Origin: Myxococcota bacterium
Lineage (GTDB): Bacteria; Myxococcota_A; UBA796; SXON01
Length of the DNA stretch: 64,000 nucleotides
Direction: 5' to 3'
NCBI GenBank assembly: GCA_040386535.1
Contig: JAZKFH010000019.1
Coordinates: forward strand, 258,186-322,185
Shown piece by piece: positions 19,059 through 28,978 of the stretch (position 1 is its first letter; every line of letters starts with the position of its first letter). Both the position numbers and the translations under genes were made by a program. The notes under the pieces were generated by a model. It was not told the DNA's origin. It worked only from the letters and a program-made list of their open reading frames with translations, and ran no database searches.

Positions 19059-20314
19059 GCGATGGCCGCGGTGAGGGGCGCGTTGTCGTCGGGATCGACG
19101 TCGCCGAGGGCGAGGAGGGTGGCGCCGAAGTTGGCGGCCTGGATCACGGGCCCGTCCAGCGTGGCCTCGCCGGTCGCGAAGTCCGCGCCGAGGCCGTATC
19201 CGCCGTCGTCGTAGCCACCGATCACCTGCCCGCCGCGCACGCCGGCCCCGACCAGCATCGCCGAGGTGAACGTCCAATGGTCGCGCCCCTCGCCCCCGTG
19301 CAGCCGCGGGGAGCGGCCCATCTCGGAGAGCAGGACGATGGTGGTCTCATCGGCCAGGGGCGCACCGCTCGGCGCGGTCCGCGTGGCGAGGTCGACCAGG
19401 ATGCGGCCCAGGTAGTCGAACAGCTCGTTGAAGTTGAGGCCCTGGCGCTCGTTGTTGCTGTGGGTGTCCCAACCCTCGCTGCACCAGCCGAGGTACTCGA
19501 CCAGGGCGGTGCGGGCAAGGCCCGCCTCGAACGCGTCCAACACGGTCGCCGCGTCGTTGAGCAGGGTGGTGCAACCCGTGGGGGTGCCACCGAGCTGGAG
19601 GGTGTCACCCCACTCCTGGAATTCCATCTGATCCGCGTGGGCCCGCGCGAAACCGGCGGCCATGGGCGAGCCCGCCGACAACCCCTCGGCCCGCGCCGCG
19701 AGCCAGGCGTCCACCCGCGAATTGGCGACGGGGCTCGGCGGGCTGACCGGGCGGTCGGAGCGCAGGAGCGCGCTCCCGTCGAGCAGGGCGCCGAGCTGCC
19801 CGTTCGATCCCACGCGCACCACGCGGTCGGTGTAGCGGTCGGTGAACGCGGTGCCGCTCGCGACGAGGTAGGGCAAGAGGAGGGGAGCCGTGCTCCGACC
19901 GGCGAGCGTGGCACCCCAGTCGTCCCCGGCGCCGTCCGTCTTGCCGGTGAGCATGATCCGGCTGCACCGCTCGTGGGTCACGGAGGGAACCTCGATGCCG
20001 TTGATGACACAGCTGTTCGCGCCGTACCGCTCGAGGAATTGGCGCACGGCGGGGCGGCCCTCCGCGTCCACGAAGCGGATCCCGTTCACCTCCGCCTCCA
20101 CGGCGTCGGGCTCCATGTCCACCCCGGACGCGCCGAAGTTGGGTTGGAACACGTAGGTGGTGTCCCACCCGCCGCGGCAGTGGATGAACAGGAAACGCCG
20201 ACGCGCGGCGTCCGTGGCGCCCGCCCGCACCCGCCCGGGCAGGGCCAATCCGGCGGCGAGGCCCGCCCCGGCGAGGGTGAGGAAACCGCGGCGATCCAAG
20301 GGAAGGAGTGCCAT
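19055..20314 (-). CDS. DUF1501-family Tat-exported protein
   Basis: DRRGFL twin-arginine signal; GGWD, GWDTH, SEMGRSP, GRDHW, G.GVRGG motifs. Confidence 0.88.
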   Translation of the reverse strand: MALLPLDRRGFLTLAGAGLAAGLALPGRVRAGATDAARRRFLFIHCRGGWDTTYVFQPNFGASGVDMEPDAVEAEVNGIRFVDAEGRPAVRQFLERYGANSCVINGIEVPSVTHERCSRIMLTGKTDGAGDDWGATLAGRSTAPLLLPYLVASGTAFTDRYTDRVVRVGSNGQLGALLDGSALLRSDRPVSPPSPVANSRVDAWLAARAEGLSAGSPMAAGFARAHADQMEFQEWGDTLQLGGTPTGCTTLLNDAATVLDAFEAGLARTALVEYLGWCSEGWDTHSNNERQGLNFNELFDYLGRILVDLATRTAPSGAPLADETTIVLLSEMGRSPRLHGGEGRDHWTFTSAMLVGAGVRGGQVIGGYDDGGYGLGADFATGEATLDGPVIQAANFGATLLALGDVDPDDNAPLTAAIA

Positions 20315-21973
20315 TCAGTAGGCCTGGAAGCGGGGGTCGCGGATCATGGCCTCGAGGACGGCGGCCCACGCCACGTCCACGCCTTCGTCCTCGGCGACGT
20401 CCGTCCAGAGTTGGACGATGGACGCGGTCCACGCGTCGTCCGCGGGCTCGGCGTACCAGCGCCGGTACAACGACCGGAGCTCCTCCGCGAACGCGGGGTC
20501 CGTGGGGAGCGTGGTCAGGTCGACGCCGCGCAGGGTGAGGTGTTCGCCGTCGACGAGGTCACGCCGCACGAGGGTGCTCGCGGCGGCCTGTGCCACGCGC
20601 GTGTTGACCATGGTCCAGGTCAGCCCCGGATCCTGCTGGGTCTCGGTGGCGGAGTAGCCGTTCACGCCGCCGCGCAACACCCGGAAGCCCATCACGTCGT
20701 TCTCGAGCTGGGCGAACCCGCCCGCGGTCCACTCCCAGCCGGTCTCCGCCTCGATGACCGAGGCGAGCTGGTTGGGTGTCAACAGCCGCTCTACGCGCTC
20801 GCGCACCCGCACGGCCTCCGGCGCGTCCTCGGTGAAGCCGCCCGCGCGGTACTCCGCCGTGTCGGTGACCGCGCGGAGCAGCGCCATCGGGGAGAGCTCG
20901 GCGGCCACGAAGGTCTTGCGGAGCGCCTCGATCGAGGCGTAGTCCTCCAACGTGACATCCCGATGCCACAGCTGCTCGGCGAAGGATTGGGCGCCACAAC
21001 GGACGAAGCGCGGATCGTTCGCGACGTGCCAGCCGAGGTCGACCAGGCCGGCGATCGGAGCGCCGTACCACGCGGGCTCCACGCCCAGGAGCGTGGGGCC
21101 GAGCGGCTCACGCTCCCGATGGTACGTCTGCATCTCGTACGGGTTGTACTGGATGATCCACCAGTAGCCGAACAACGTCGCGGCGGCGGGATCGATGGAG
21201 GAGTGGCAGCTCTGGCACGCCGGGTTGGTCCGGATGGCCTCCTCGACGTCGTCGGTGGTGGAGCGCTCGAACACGACGGGCCGGGACAGGATGTCCGTAC
21301 ACAGCAGGAGCTTGGAGACGGCGGCTACGCGGCCCCGGCTCTTGTTGGATTCGTTTGTGACATACCGCCACCAGAAGCCGTTGGTGGCGAGGATCCCGGC
21401 CGCCGGGCGGCCGTCGGTGTAGTGGGAAACCTCCCAGCCGCTGCCGCCCTCCGGATAGGCGAGCGGCCAGATGTCACCCAACATCTCGTTCGCCATCGTG
21501 TAGTCGGCGGTCACGATCTCCGACCACGGCAGGTCGTTCGCCGTCACGTGCGCGATGAGGTGGAGCGGCTCCTCCCCGACGGCGTGCGCGTATGCGTCGG
21601 CCTCGAGCGGGGGGAGGAAGTAGTCGTTGGGGCCCACCTCGTACTCGTCCATCACCGTGTGCCAACGCTCCGCGAAGAGCGACACGAGGCGCTCTTCCAA
21701 CCGTGCGTCGGCGAGGTACGTGTCACGGAGGGCTCCGAGCGCGGCCGGATCGGCCTCCACGGCGTCCAACTCGGCCTCGCTCGGGAGCACGCCGCGCAGA
21801 TCCAGGCTCATCCGCCGCAGCAGGCGGGGCGTGGCGAGCGGGGTGAGGTAGGGGGCGCTTCCCTGCCAGGCGACGCTCGTGACCGTGGCGGGGAGGGAGC
21901 CGGCCTCCACCTTCTCGGGGGAGTCTCCCCCGGGCGTCCCACACGCGGCCAACACCAGCAACAGCCGGATCAT
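20315..21973 (-). CDS. DUF1549/DUF1585-like heme-c-motif lipoprotein (usual DUF1501 partner)
   Basis: LAAC lipobox; LLRRMSLDLRGVLPS; AGILAT..F; CQSCH. Confidence 0.8.
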   Translation of the reverse strand: MIRLLLVLAACGTPGGDSPEKVEAGSLPATVTSVAWQGSAPYLTPLATPRLLRRMSLDLRGVLPSEAELDAVEADPAALGALRDTYLADARLEERLVSLFAERWHTVMDEYEVGPNDYFLPPLEADAYAHAVGEEPLHLIAHVTANDLPWSEIVTADYTMANEMLGDIWPLAYPEGGSGWEVSHYTDGRPAAGILATNGFWWRYVTNESNKSRGRVAAVSKLLLCTDILSRPVVFERSTTDDVEEAIRTNPACQSCHSSIDPAAATLFGYWWIIQYNPYEMQTYHREREPLGPTLLGVEPAWYGAPIAGLVDLGWHVANDPRFVRCGAQSFAEQLWHRDVTLEDYASIEALRKTFVAAELSPMALLRAVTDTAEYRAGGFTEDAPEAVRVRERVERLLTPNQLASVIEAETGWEWTAGGFAQLENDVMGFRVLRGGVNGYSATETQQDPGLTWTMVNTRVAQAAASTLVRRDLVDGEHLTLRGVDLTTLPTDPAFAEELRSLYRRWYAEPADDAWTASIVQLWTDVAEDEGVDVAWAAVLEAMIRDPRFQAY

Positions 21974-22842
21974 GGCGCCTCTCCGGCGTCAGTCTCCATG
22001 TAGGTGGAGAGCTCCAGGCCCATCGCGGCGAAGGCCGGCGCCGCGTCTACACACGTGGTCCCGAGCGACACGCTGCCGGCGTACACGACTTCTCCACACG
22101 TATCGCAGCTCGAATCGTCGTACGAGAACACGTACCAGTAGCCGGAGGCGTCGTCCCGAAGGCGCATCCCGCCGGTCGGCGCCGTGCCACACGTGCCGCC
22201 GACCGAGAGCTGGTCGAAGTAGACCGCGGCGCCGCCGAGATCGTAGCCGCCGTCCACCTGGCCGGTGACGGTGCCGTCCGGATTTACGCGCGCCTCGATC
22301 CACGCGGCGCCGCTGGTGCCCTCACCGAGCCACAGCCCCGCGGGCTCGTAGCGGAACGAGCCGAGCAGCTCCTGGGACAACACCAGCGCCTCGTCCGTCA
22401 GGGTGACGGTCGCCTGGGTGTCACCCCCCACCTCGAACGGAAAACCGTCGACGTCGGTGATGACGAAGTCGGCGCGGAGACGAAACCCGTACTGTTCGCT
22501 GTCCCGCCATCCGCCTCCACCGCCTCCTGCGCCAGAAAAGATGACCCCCGACGCGGCGCGACAGCCGCCGGCCATGAGGTTCTCGATCGCCATCGGGCTG
22601 GGCGTACAGATCGCGTCCCCCTGCGCCATGAGCGAGCTGAACGTGCGGGAGAGGGGCGGGAAGATGGGCAGGCCCCACCCCAGGGCGTCGGTCAGCGCGG
22701 TCCCGACGCTGGCGGCGGTGAGGGCGGGGGCAGCGATCTCCGGGCCGCGCCGGCCGGTGTCCGGAGCCGCGGTGTCGCCCACGCCCGCCGAGTCGACGGA
22801 GTCGGTCGCGGAGGTGCACGCCAGGAGGAGGAGCAGGGGCAT
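21970..22842 (-). CDS. Hypothetical lipoprotein
   Basis: MPLLLLLAC; stop overlaps the next start (ATGA); Cys pairs (CDTCG). Confidence 0.7.
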   Translation of the reverse strand: MPLLLLLACTSATDSVDSAGVGDTAAPDTGRRGPEIAAPALTAASVGTALTDALGWGLPIFPPLSRTFSSLMAQGDAICTPSPMAIENLMAGGCRAASGVIFSGAGGGGGGWRDSEQYGFRLRADFVITDVDGFPFEVGGDTQATVTLTDEALVLSQELLGSFRYEPAGLWLGEGTSGAAWIEARVNPDGTVTGQVDGGYDLGGAAVYFDQLSVGGTCGTAPTGGMRLRDDASGYWYVFSYDDSSCDTCGEVVYAGSVSLGTTCVDAAPAFAAMGLELSTYMETDAGEAP

Positions 22843-23095
22843 GGGCGCCCTCATGGTAGCGTGAGCCGGGGGCGGTCGGTGTCGGCTTCGAGACGATGGC
22901 GTGGTTTTCTCGCCCCCGCGGACCGCGGGGCGCCGATCGGGCGCGCCGGCGCGGGCGATGACTTCCGGGCGTGCGGCGCCGGATCGTGGGCGCTGGCGCC
23001 GCGCACCGGTGCAGGCTCGAGAAAGAGCCGCGTAAGATCCGCTCGTCATCTTCGGTAACGTTCGTGTAATGTCGTGCCTTCGCCCCCGGTGCTCG

Positions 23096-26000
23096 ATGCG
23101 TCTCCTGTCGCTGCTCGCCTTGTTCGCCCCCTCGCTCGCGGCCGCCGCGACCTTCTACGACGACGCCGATGGGGACGGCTACGGCGACCCCGACGTGTCG
23201 GTCACCGCCGCGAGCGCGCCCGCCGGCTACGTCGCGAACGACAGCGACTGTGACGACACCGACGGGAGCGTGAGCCCCGCCGACACCGAGACCTGCAACG
23301 GCTACGACGACGATTGTGACGGCAGCCTGGACGAGTCGGGCGACTGCGAATGTGACGTCGAGACGTTCGACGGCAAGGCCTACCAGTTCTGCGCGACCGC
23401 GCGAAGCTGGACCAGCGCGCTCGCCCACTGCGAGGGGGACGGCTACTCGCTCGCCACGATCAGCTCCGCCGCGGAGGACAGCTGGATCAACAGCGAGGCG
23501 GACAGCCGCTCGACCGCCAAGTGGTGGTTCGGGTACAACGACCGGACCACCGAGGGCACCTGGGTGTGGGCGGACGGCAGCGCCCGTCTCTTCACCAACT
23601 GGAACGCGGCCGAGCCCAACGACTCCGGCGGCAACGAGGATTGTTCCCAGCACAATCGTTACACCGACGGGTCGTGGAACGACGAGCCGTGTACCTCGGC
23701 GTTCTATTACGTCTGCGAATACGGCGAGCTGCGCTCCATCTACACCGACGCCGACAACGACGGCTTCGGGGACGACGGGGCGACCGCCGTCACCTCCAGC
23801 GACATCCCGACGGGGTACGCGGACAACAACGACGATTGCAACGACGCCTCCGCCACCGTGAACCCGGACGGGACGGAGATCTGGTACGACGGCGTCGACC
23901 AGGATTGTGACGGCAACGACGCCGACCAGGACGGCGACGGCTACGATGCCACGTCCGAGGGCGGCACCGACTGTGACGACACCAACGCGGCGGTGCATCC
24001 GGGCGCGACCGAGATCGCGTACGACGGCATCGATCAAGACTGCAGCGGCGACGACCTGGTGGATGTCGACGGCGACGGCTGGGACGAGGACGAGGATTGT
24101 GACGACACCGACGCGGCGGTGAACCCGGACGCGTCCGAGGAGTACTACGACGGCGTCGACCAGGACTGTGACGGCGGCTCCGACTACGACGCGGACGGCG
24201 ACGGCTACGACTCCGACGCGTACGGCGGAGAGGACTGCAACGACGCCAACGCCGCCATCAACCCCGGCGCGATCGACATCCCGTACGACGGCGTCGACCA
24301 GAATTGCAACGGCTCGGACGGCGTGCTGGACGCCGACGGCGACGGCTACATCAGCACGATCGACTGTGACGACTCCGACGCGGACGTGAACCCCGGCGAG
24401 GCCGAGGTGTGGTACGACGGCACCGATCAGAACTGTGACGGCAACGACGCCGACCAGGATCTCGACGGCTCCACGTCGACCGTGGTGGGCGGCACCGACT
24501 GCGACGACACGAACATCCTCGTCAACACTAGCGCCATCGACATCCCGTACGACGGAATCGATCAGGACTGTGACGGTAGCGATGCGGAGATCGACGCCGA
24601 CGGCGACGGGTACATCTCCACCGTCGATTGTGACGACTCCAATGCGCTCGTGAACCCCGGCGCGACCGACACGCCGTATGACGGCATCGACCAGGATTGT
24701 GACGGGTCGGACGCGGAGATCGACGCGGACGGCGACGGCTACAACTCCCTCGCGGATTGCGACGACAGCGACGCGACCGTTCACCCCGGCGCCACCGACG
24801 TTCCGTACGACGGCATCGACCAGGATTGTGACGGGTCGGACGCCGAGATCGACGTCGACGGCGACGGCTACGACTCCACCGTCGATTGTGACGACACGGA
24901 CCCCGACCGCAACCCCGGCGCGACCGACACGCCGTACGACGGCATCGATCAGGACTGTGACGGCGCCGACGACGTGATCGACGCCGACGAGGACGGGTTC
25001 GACTCGCTCTCCGACTGCGACGACGCCGATGAGACCGTGAACCCCGACGCGAGCGAGACCTGGTACGACGGCACCGACCAGGACTGCTCCGGCGGCTCCG
25101 ACTACGACCAGGACGGCGACGGCCAGGACGCCCTCGTCGGCGGCGGCCTCGACTGTGACGATCTCGCCGCCAGCACCTACGACGGCGCGGTCGAGAATTG
25201 GTACGACGGGATCGACCAGGACTGTGACGGGGGCTCCGACTACGACGCGGACGCGGACGGGTTCGACTCCGCGAGCCACGGCGGCGAGGACTGTGACGAC
25301 GGCGACGCCTCGGTCAACCCCGACGCGTTCGACGATCCGAGCGACACCATCGACCAGGATTGTTCGGGCGACGCGAGCCACGACGCCGACGGCGACGGGT
25401 ACATCGACGCGGCGTGGGGCGGCGACGACTGCGACGACGCGAATTCTTCTGTCAACCCCGGCGAGACCGAGATCTGGTACGACGGGATCGACGCCGACTG
25501 TGACGGCGGGTCGGACTTCGACCAGGACACGGACGGCTTCGACAGCGCCGACTACGGCGGCGACGACTGTGACGACCTCGACGCCGCGGCCAACCCGGGC
25601 GCGATCGAGATCTGGTACGACGGGGTCGACGCCGACTGTGACGGGGCCTCGGACTACGACGCCGACGCGGACGGTGAGGACGCCGCCGACTTCGGCGGGA
25701 CCGACTGCGACGACGCCGACGCGCTCGTGAACACCGCGGCCTCGGAGACCTGGTACGACGGGGTGGACGGCAACTGTGACGGGCTGTCCGACTACGACGC
25801 CGACGGAGACGGGTTCGACTCCGCCAGCTACGGCGGGACCGATTGCAACGACGGCAGCGCCACGACCTACCCGGGCGCCGCGGACGAGGCGGGCGACGGG
25901 ATCGATCAGGACTGCTCCGGGGATGACAGCAACGACGCCGACGGCGACGGATACGACGACATCGCCTCGGGCGGTGACGACTGTGACGACGCCAACTCCG

Positions 26001-27124
26001 ACGTGCGGCCGGGCGCGGTCGAGACCTGGTACGACGGCATCGACCAGGACTGTGACGGCGGCTCCGACTTCGACCAGGACGCCGACGGGTACGACGCCTC
26101 CGAGTACGGCGGCGAGGATTGCAACGACACGGACGCCGCGGTCAACCCGGACGGCACCGAGGTGTATTACGACGGCGCGGACGGCAACTGTGACGGCCTG
26201 TCCGACTACGACGCGGACGTGGACGGCCACGACAGCGACGTGTACGGCGGCGACGACTGTGACGACGCCGACGTGACGATCTACCCCGGCGCCCCCGAGA
26301 TCCCCGACGGCCTCGACAACGACTGCAACGGCCTCGTCGAGGACGACGACACCGACGGCGACGGCCTCACCGACGACGAAGAGGGCGTGATCGGCAGCGA
26401 TCCGAACGACTCCGACAGCGACGACGACGGCCTGCCCGACGGCCTCGAGGTCGGCGAGGACGTGACCAACCCGGTCGACTCCGATGGCGACACGCTCCCC
26501 GACTGGAACGACCCGGACGACGACGGCGACGGCATCCCGACGGTGGACGAGATCGGCGACTACGATCCCGCCGATCCCACGGACACGCCGGACGACGTCG
26601 ACGGCGACGGCACCCCCGATCACCTCGACACCGACAGCGACGCCGACGGCGTGCCCGACTCGGTGGAGGGGATGGAGGACCTCGACGGCGACGGCCTGGG
26701 CGACAGCGAGGACGCGGACGACGACGGCGACGAGATCCCGACGATCGTGGAGAACGCGGAGGACGCGGACGGCGACGGCGTGGCGGATACGGACGCCGAT
26801 GGCGACGGCACCCCGAACTACCAGGACACGGACTCGGACGGCGACGGCCTGCCCGACCTCGACGAGGGCACCGACGACACCGACGGGGACGGCATCGCCG
26901 ACTACGTCGACCCCGAGGACGGCGACACCGGAGAGCTCCCGGACGACACGGGCGTGGACACCGACGACACGGACGACACGGACGTGCCGGTCTACACCTT
27001 CGAGGGTGGCGGCGGGTGTGGCTGCGCGAGCGCCACGAACTCCACCGCAGCGGGTCCCGCGGGGTTCGCATTGGCCGGGCTCCTGCCCGTGTTCGTCGCG
27101 CTCTTCCGGCGTCGTCGCGAATAG
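23096..27124 (+). CDS. Giant acidic surface protein: C-type lectin domain, about 20 MopE-type repeats, TSP3-like DxDGDG repeats, MYXO-CTERM-like tail
   Basis: Signal peptide; CTLD (WWFGYND..EG.W.W.DG, NW...EPND, WND..C); about 20 DC(D/N)D units; tail GGGGCGCAS...hydrophobic...FRRRRE. Alternative start at 23069. Confidence 0.9.
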   Translation: MRLLSLLALFAPSLAAAATFYDDADGDGYGDPDVSVTAASAPAGYVANDSDCDDTDGSVSPADTETCNGYDDDCDGSLDESGDCECDVETFDGKAYQFCATARSWTSALAHCEGDGYSLATISSAAEDSWINSEADSRSTAKWWFGYNDRTTEGTWVWADGSARLFTNWNAAEPNDSGGNEDCSQHNRYTDGSWNDEPCTSAFYYVCEYGELRSIYTDADNDGFGDDGATAVTSSDIPTGYADNNDDCNDASATVNPDGTEIWYDGVDQDCDGNDADQDGDGYDATSEGGTDCDDTNAAVHPGATEIAYDGIDQDCSGDDLVDVDGDGWDEDEDCDDTDAAVNPDASEEYYDGVDQDCDGGSDYDADGDGYDSDAYGGEDCNDANAAINPGAIDIPYDGVDQNCNGSDGVLDADGDGYISTIDCDDSDADVNPGEAEVWYDGTDQNCDGNDADQDLDGSTSTVVGGTDCDDTNILVNTSAIDIPYDGIDQDCDGSDAEIDADGDGYISTVDCDDSNALVNPGATDTPYDGIDQDCDGSDAEIDADGDGYNSLADCDDSDATVHPGATDVPYDGIDQDCDGSDAEIDVDGDGYDSTVDCDDTDPDRNPGATDTPYDGIDQDCDGADDVIDADEDGFDSLSDCDDADETVNPDASETWYDGTDQDCSGGSDYDQDGDGQDALVGGGLDCDDLAASTYDGAVENWYDGIDQDCDGGSDYDADADGFDSASHGGEDCDDGDASVNPDAFDDPSDTIDQDCSGDASHDADGDGYIDAAWGGDDCDDANSSVNPGETEIWYDGIDADCDGGSDFDQDTDGFDSADYGGDDCDDLDAAANPGAIEIWYDGVDADCDGASDYDADADGEDAADFGGTDCDDADALVNTAASETWYDGVDGNCDGLSDYDADGDGFDSASYGGTDCNDGSATTYPGAADEAGDGIDQDCSGDDSNDADGDGYDDIASGGDDCDDANSDVRPGAVETWYDGIDQDCDGGSDFDQDADGYDASEYGGEDCNDTDAAVNPDGTEVYYDGADGNCDGLSDYDADVDGHDSDVYGGDDCDDADVTIYPGAPEIPDGLDNDCNGLVEDDDTDGDGLTDDEEGVIGSDPNDSDSDDDGLPDGLEVGEDVTNPVDSDGDTLPDWNDPDDDGDGIPTVDEIGDYDPADPTDTPDDVDGDGTPDHLDTDSDADGVPDSVEGMEDLDGDGLGDSEDADDDGDEIPTIVENAEDADGDGVADTDADGDGTPNYQDTDSDGDGLPDLDEGTDDTDGDGIADYVDPEDGDTGELPDDTGVDTDDTDDTDVPVYTFEGGGGCGCASATNSTAAGPAGFALAGLLPVFVALFRRRRE
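24545..24985 (+). repeat. Near-identical 129-bp (43 aa) intragenic tandem repeats
   Basis: ta(c/t)gacggcatcgaccaggattgtgacgggtcggacgc at 24677 and 24806, with related copies near 24548 and 24935. Confidence 0.8.
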
Positions 27125-27149
27125 GTTCCTCCCGCCCGAGGGAGGACCT
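27124..27149 (+). terminator. GC hairpin after the lectin/MopE gene
   Basis: gttcctccc-gcccga-gggaggac; no U tract. Confidence 0.35.
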
Positions 27150-27196
27150 CCGTAGAGCCTGACGTCGCCCCCTCCGGGGGGCTACAGTCCAGGGAG

Positions 27197-28969
27197 ATGC
27201 GCGTAGAGCTGCGGCAATCCGGCGACACCCAGCTCGTCGATGTCGACGTGGAGGAGGAGGTGCGCCGCGCGCGCTTCTTCGCCGAGGATCTCGTGCGCCA
27301 TCCGCCGTGGACGGGCGACCAGTTCCGCAAGCTCGGCGACATCCCGGCGCTCGAGGAGGCCTTCGACGCGCCCGACGCACGTTTTGCGGCCTTCGTCCGC
27401 GCCCGGCGGTTCCCGTGGGGCACGGTGGCCATGGCGTGTTTCGTGGCGTTGGCGGGCGCGCTCCAGCTCGGCGCCCAGGCCCTCGCCGCCGCGGGCCTCG
27501 CCTCGTTCACGCCGGAGCTCGGCGCCCGCGTGGACCGCGCCGTGCTCGCCGGCGCCACCGGCTACGAGCCGCTCCTGCTCGACGGCGCGTGGTGGACCCC
27601 CTGGACCTCCCAGCTCCTCCACGCGGGCGTGCTCCACCTCGTCGCGAACATCCCGGTGCTCGCCTACTGCGGCTACCGCGTGGAGCGCGCCCTGGGCGTA
27701 GGGGGGCTCGCGGCGGTGGGCGCCGCGGCCGTGCTCGGCGGGACGGCGTTCGTCACCACGTTCGGCGCGTTGCCGGTGGTGGGGGCCTCCATCCTCGCGT
27801 ACGGCTTCTGGGGCGCACAGATCGCAATCGGGTTTCGCGCGGGGGACGCGGTGCCGCCGGGCTGGCGGGGCTTCTACGGCTGGGGCAACCTCGTGCTCTT
27901 CATTCCGCTCTTCGCCGCCAGCCTCGACGCGCAGGGCGTGTCCCACCTGGGCCACGTCGGCGGCCTGCTCGGGGGCATCCTCACGGCGTGCCTCCTCCCG
28001 GCGGAGTCCTTCGCGCCCCGGGCCGCCGCGCGCGCCGCGCGCATCTCCAGCCTCCAGCTCGCGGCGGTGCTCGGCGCCCTGCCGATGGTGGTCGGGCCGG
28101 CCCTCGCCCGCCTCGCGCCGGCGCTCTCGGTCCCGGGGGAGCGGGTCGAGGTGCGCGGCGCCGGGGTCACCCTCGAGCTCCCCTGGCGCATGGCCTCGAA
28201 CCCCACGCGTGTGGGCGGAATGCCCGCGTGGCTGGTGTCGCAGAACCACGACGAGCCCGTGTTCTGCGGCCTCGCGCGGCTCTCGGAGGCCCGGGATCCC
28301 GACGAGCTCGTGTTCCTCGACAGCTGGAGCGAGGCGTTCGGGCGCCCGGTGGAGTCGGTGGCGGCGCCGGCTCCGCTCCGTTCGGGATTCACGAGCCGGG
28401 CCTTCCTCGTGCGCGACGCGGAGACGGGGGAGGTCGCCGGGCGGATCGTCGAGCACGATCTGCGGCGCGGCACCTGGCTCCTGCGCGTGGGCTACCACCT
28501 CGACGCCGAGGGCGATCCCCACGGCAATCCCGGGGTGGGCCGCGAGGCCCTCTACCGCCACGTGCTCGACTCCCTCGTGATCGACGAGCCGCCCCTGCTC
28601 GCCGCCGCCCGGCGCGAGGCCTCACTCTACGCCTGGGATCCCGAGCGCGCGTGGACCCTCGGCCGGGAGCTCACGCGCGCCGGCGCCTACGTGGAGGCCG
28701 ATGGCGTGTGGAGGGGGCTCACGACGCGGTCGGACGGGTGGGAATGGGAGGGCGCGAAGGGCCGGGTGGGGATGTGGGCCGACCTCGCCGAGGCGGGCGA
28801 AGAGGGCGTCCTCGACGCCGTCGTGTCCCGGGAGGAGCGGATCGCCTGGACGGCGGCGTGGGTCGCGCGCGCGCCGGTCGAGAGCGTGGATCTGCGCGCC
28901 GAGGGGCTCCGGTACGTCGTCGGGACCGGCGCGTGCGACGCGTCGATCCCTTGCGCGCTCCTCCCCTGA
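27197..28969 (+). CDS. Rhomboid-family intramembrane serine protease with long C-terminal extension
   Basis: WTSQLLHAGVLHLVAN, VVGAS (catalytic Ser), SHLGHVGGLLGG (catalytic His). Confidence 0.88.
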   Translation: MRVELRQSGDTQLVDVDVEEEVRRARFFAEDLVRHPPWTGDQFRKLGDIPALEEAFDAPDARFAAFVRARRFPWGTVAMACFVALAGALQLGAQALAAAGLASFTPELGARVDRAVLAGATGYEPLLLDGAWWTPWTSQLLHAGVLHLVANIPVLAYCGYRVERALGVGGLAAVGAAAVLGGTAFVTTFGALPVVGASILAYGFWGAQIAIGFRAGDAVPPGWRGFYGWGNLVLFIPLFAASLDAQGVSHLGHVGGLLGGILTACLLPAESFAPRAAARAARISSLQLAAVLGALPMVVGPALARLAPALSVPGERVEVRGAGVTLELPWRMASNPTRVGGMPAWLVSQNHDEPVFCGLARLSEARDPDELVFLDSWSEAFGRPVESVAAPAPLRSGFTSRAFLVRDAETGEVAGRIVEHDLRRGTWLLRVGYHLDAEGDPHGNPGVGREALYRHVLDSLVIDEPPLLAAARREASLYAWDPERAWTLGRELTRAGAYVEADGVWRGLTTRSDGWEWEGAKGRVGMWADLAEAGEEGVLDAVVSREERIAWTAAWVARAPVESVDLRAEGLRYVVGTGACDASIPCALLP

Positions 28970-28978
28970 CCGCGACGG

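Noticed and set aside
23240..26330. Frequent TGT (rather than TGC) Cys codons before GAC in MopE repeats
   Set aside because: Explained by repeat ancestry or codon-pair context; cannot be quantified without computation
15976..27124. Repetitive DNA resembling a CRISPR array or satellite
   Set aside because: Repeats are in-frame protein repeats (MopE/TSP3-like) with synonymous variation; no repeat-spacer structure and no cas genes
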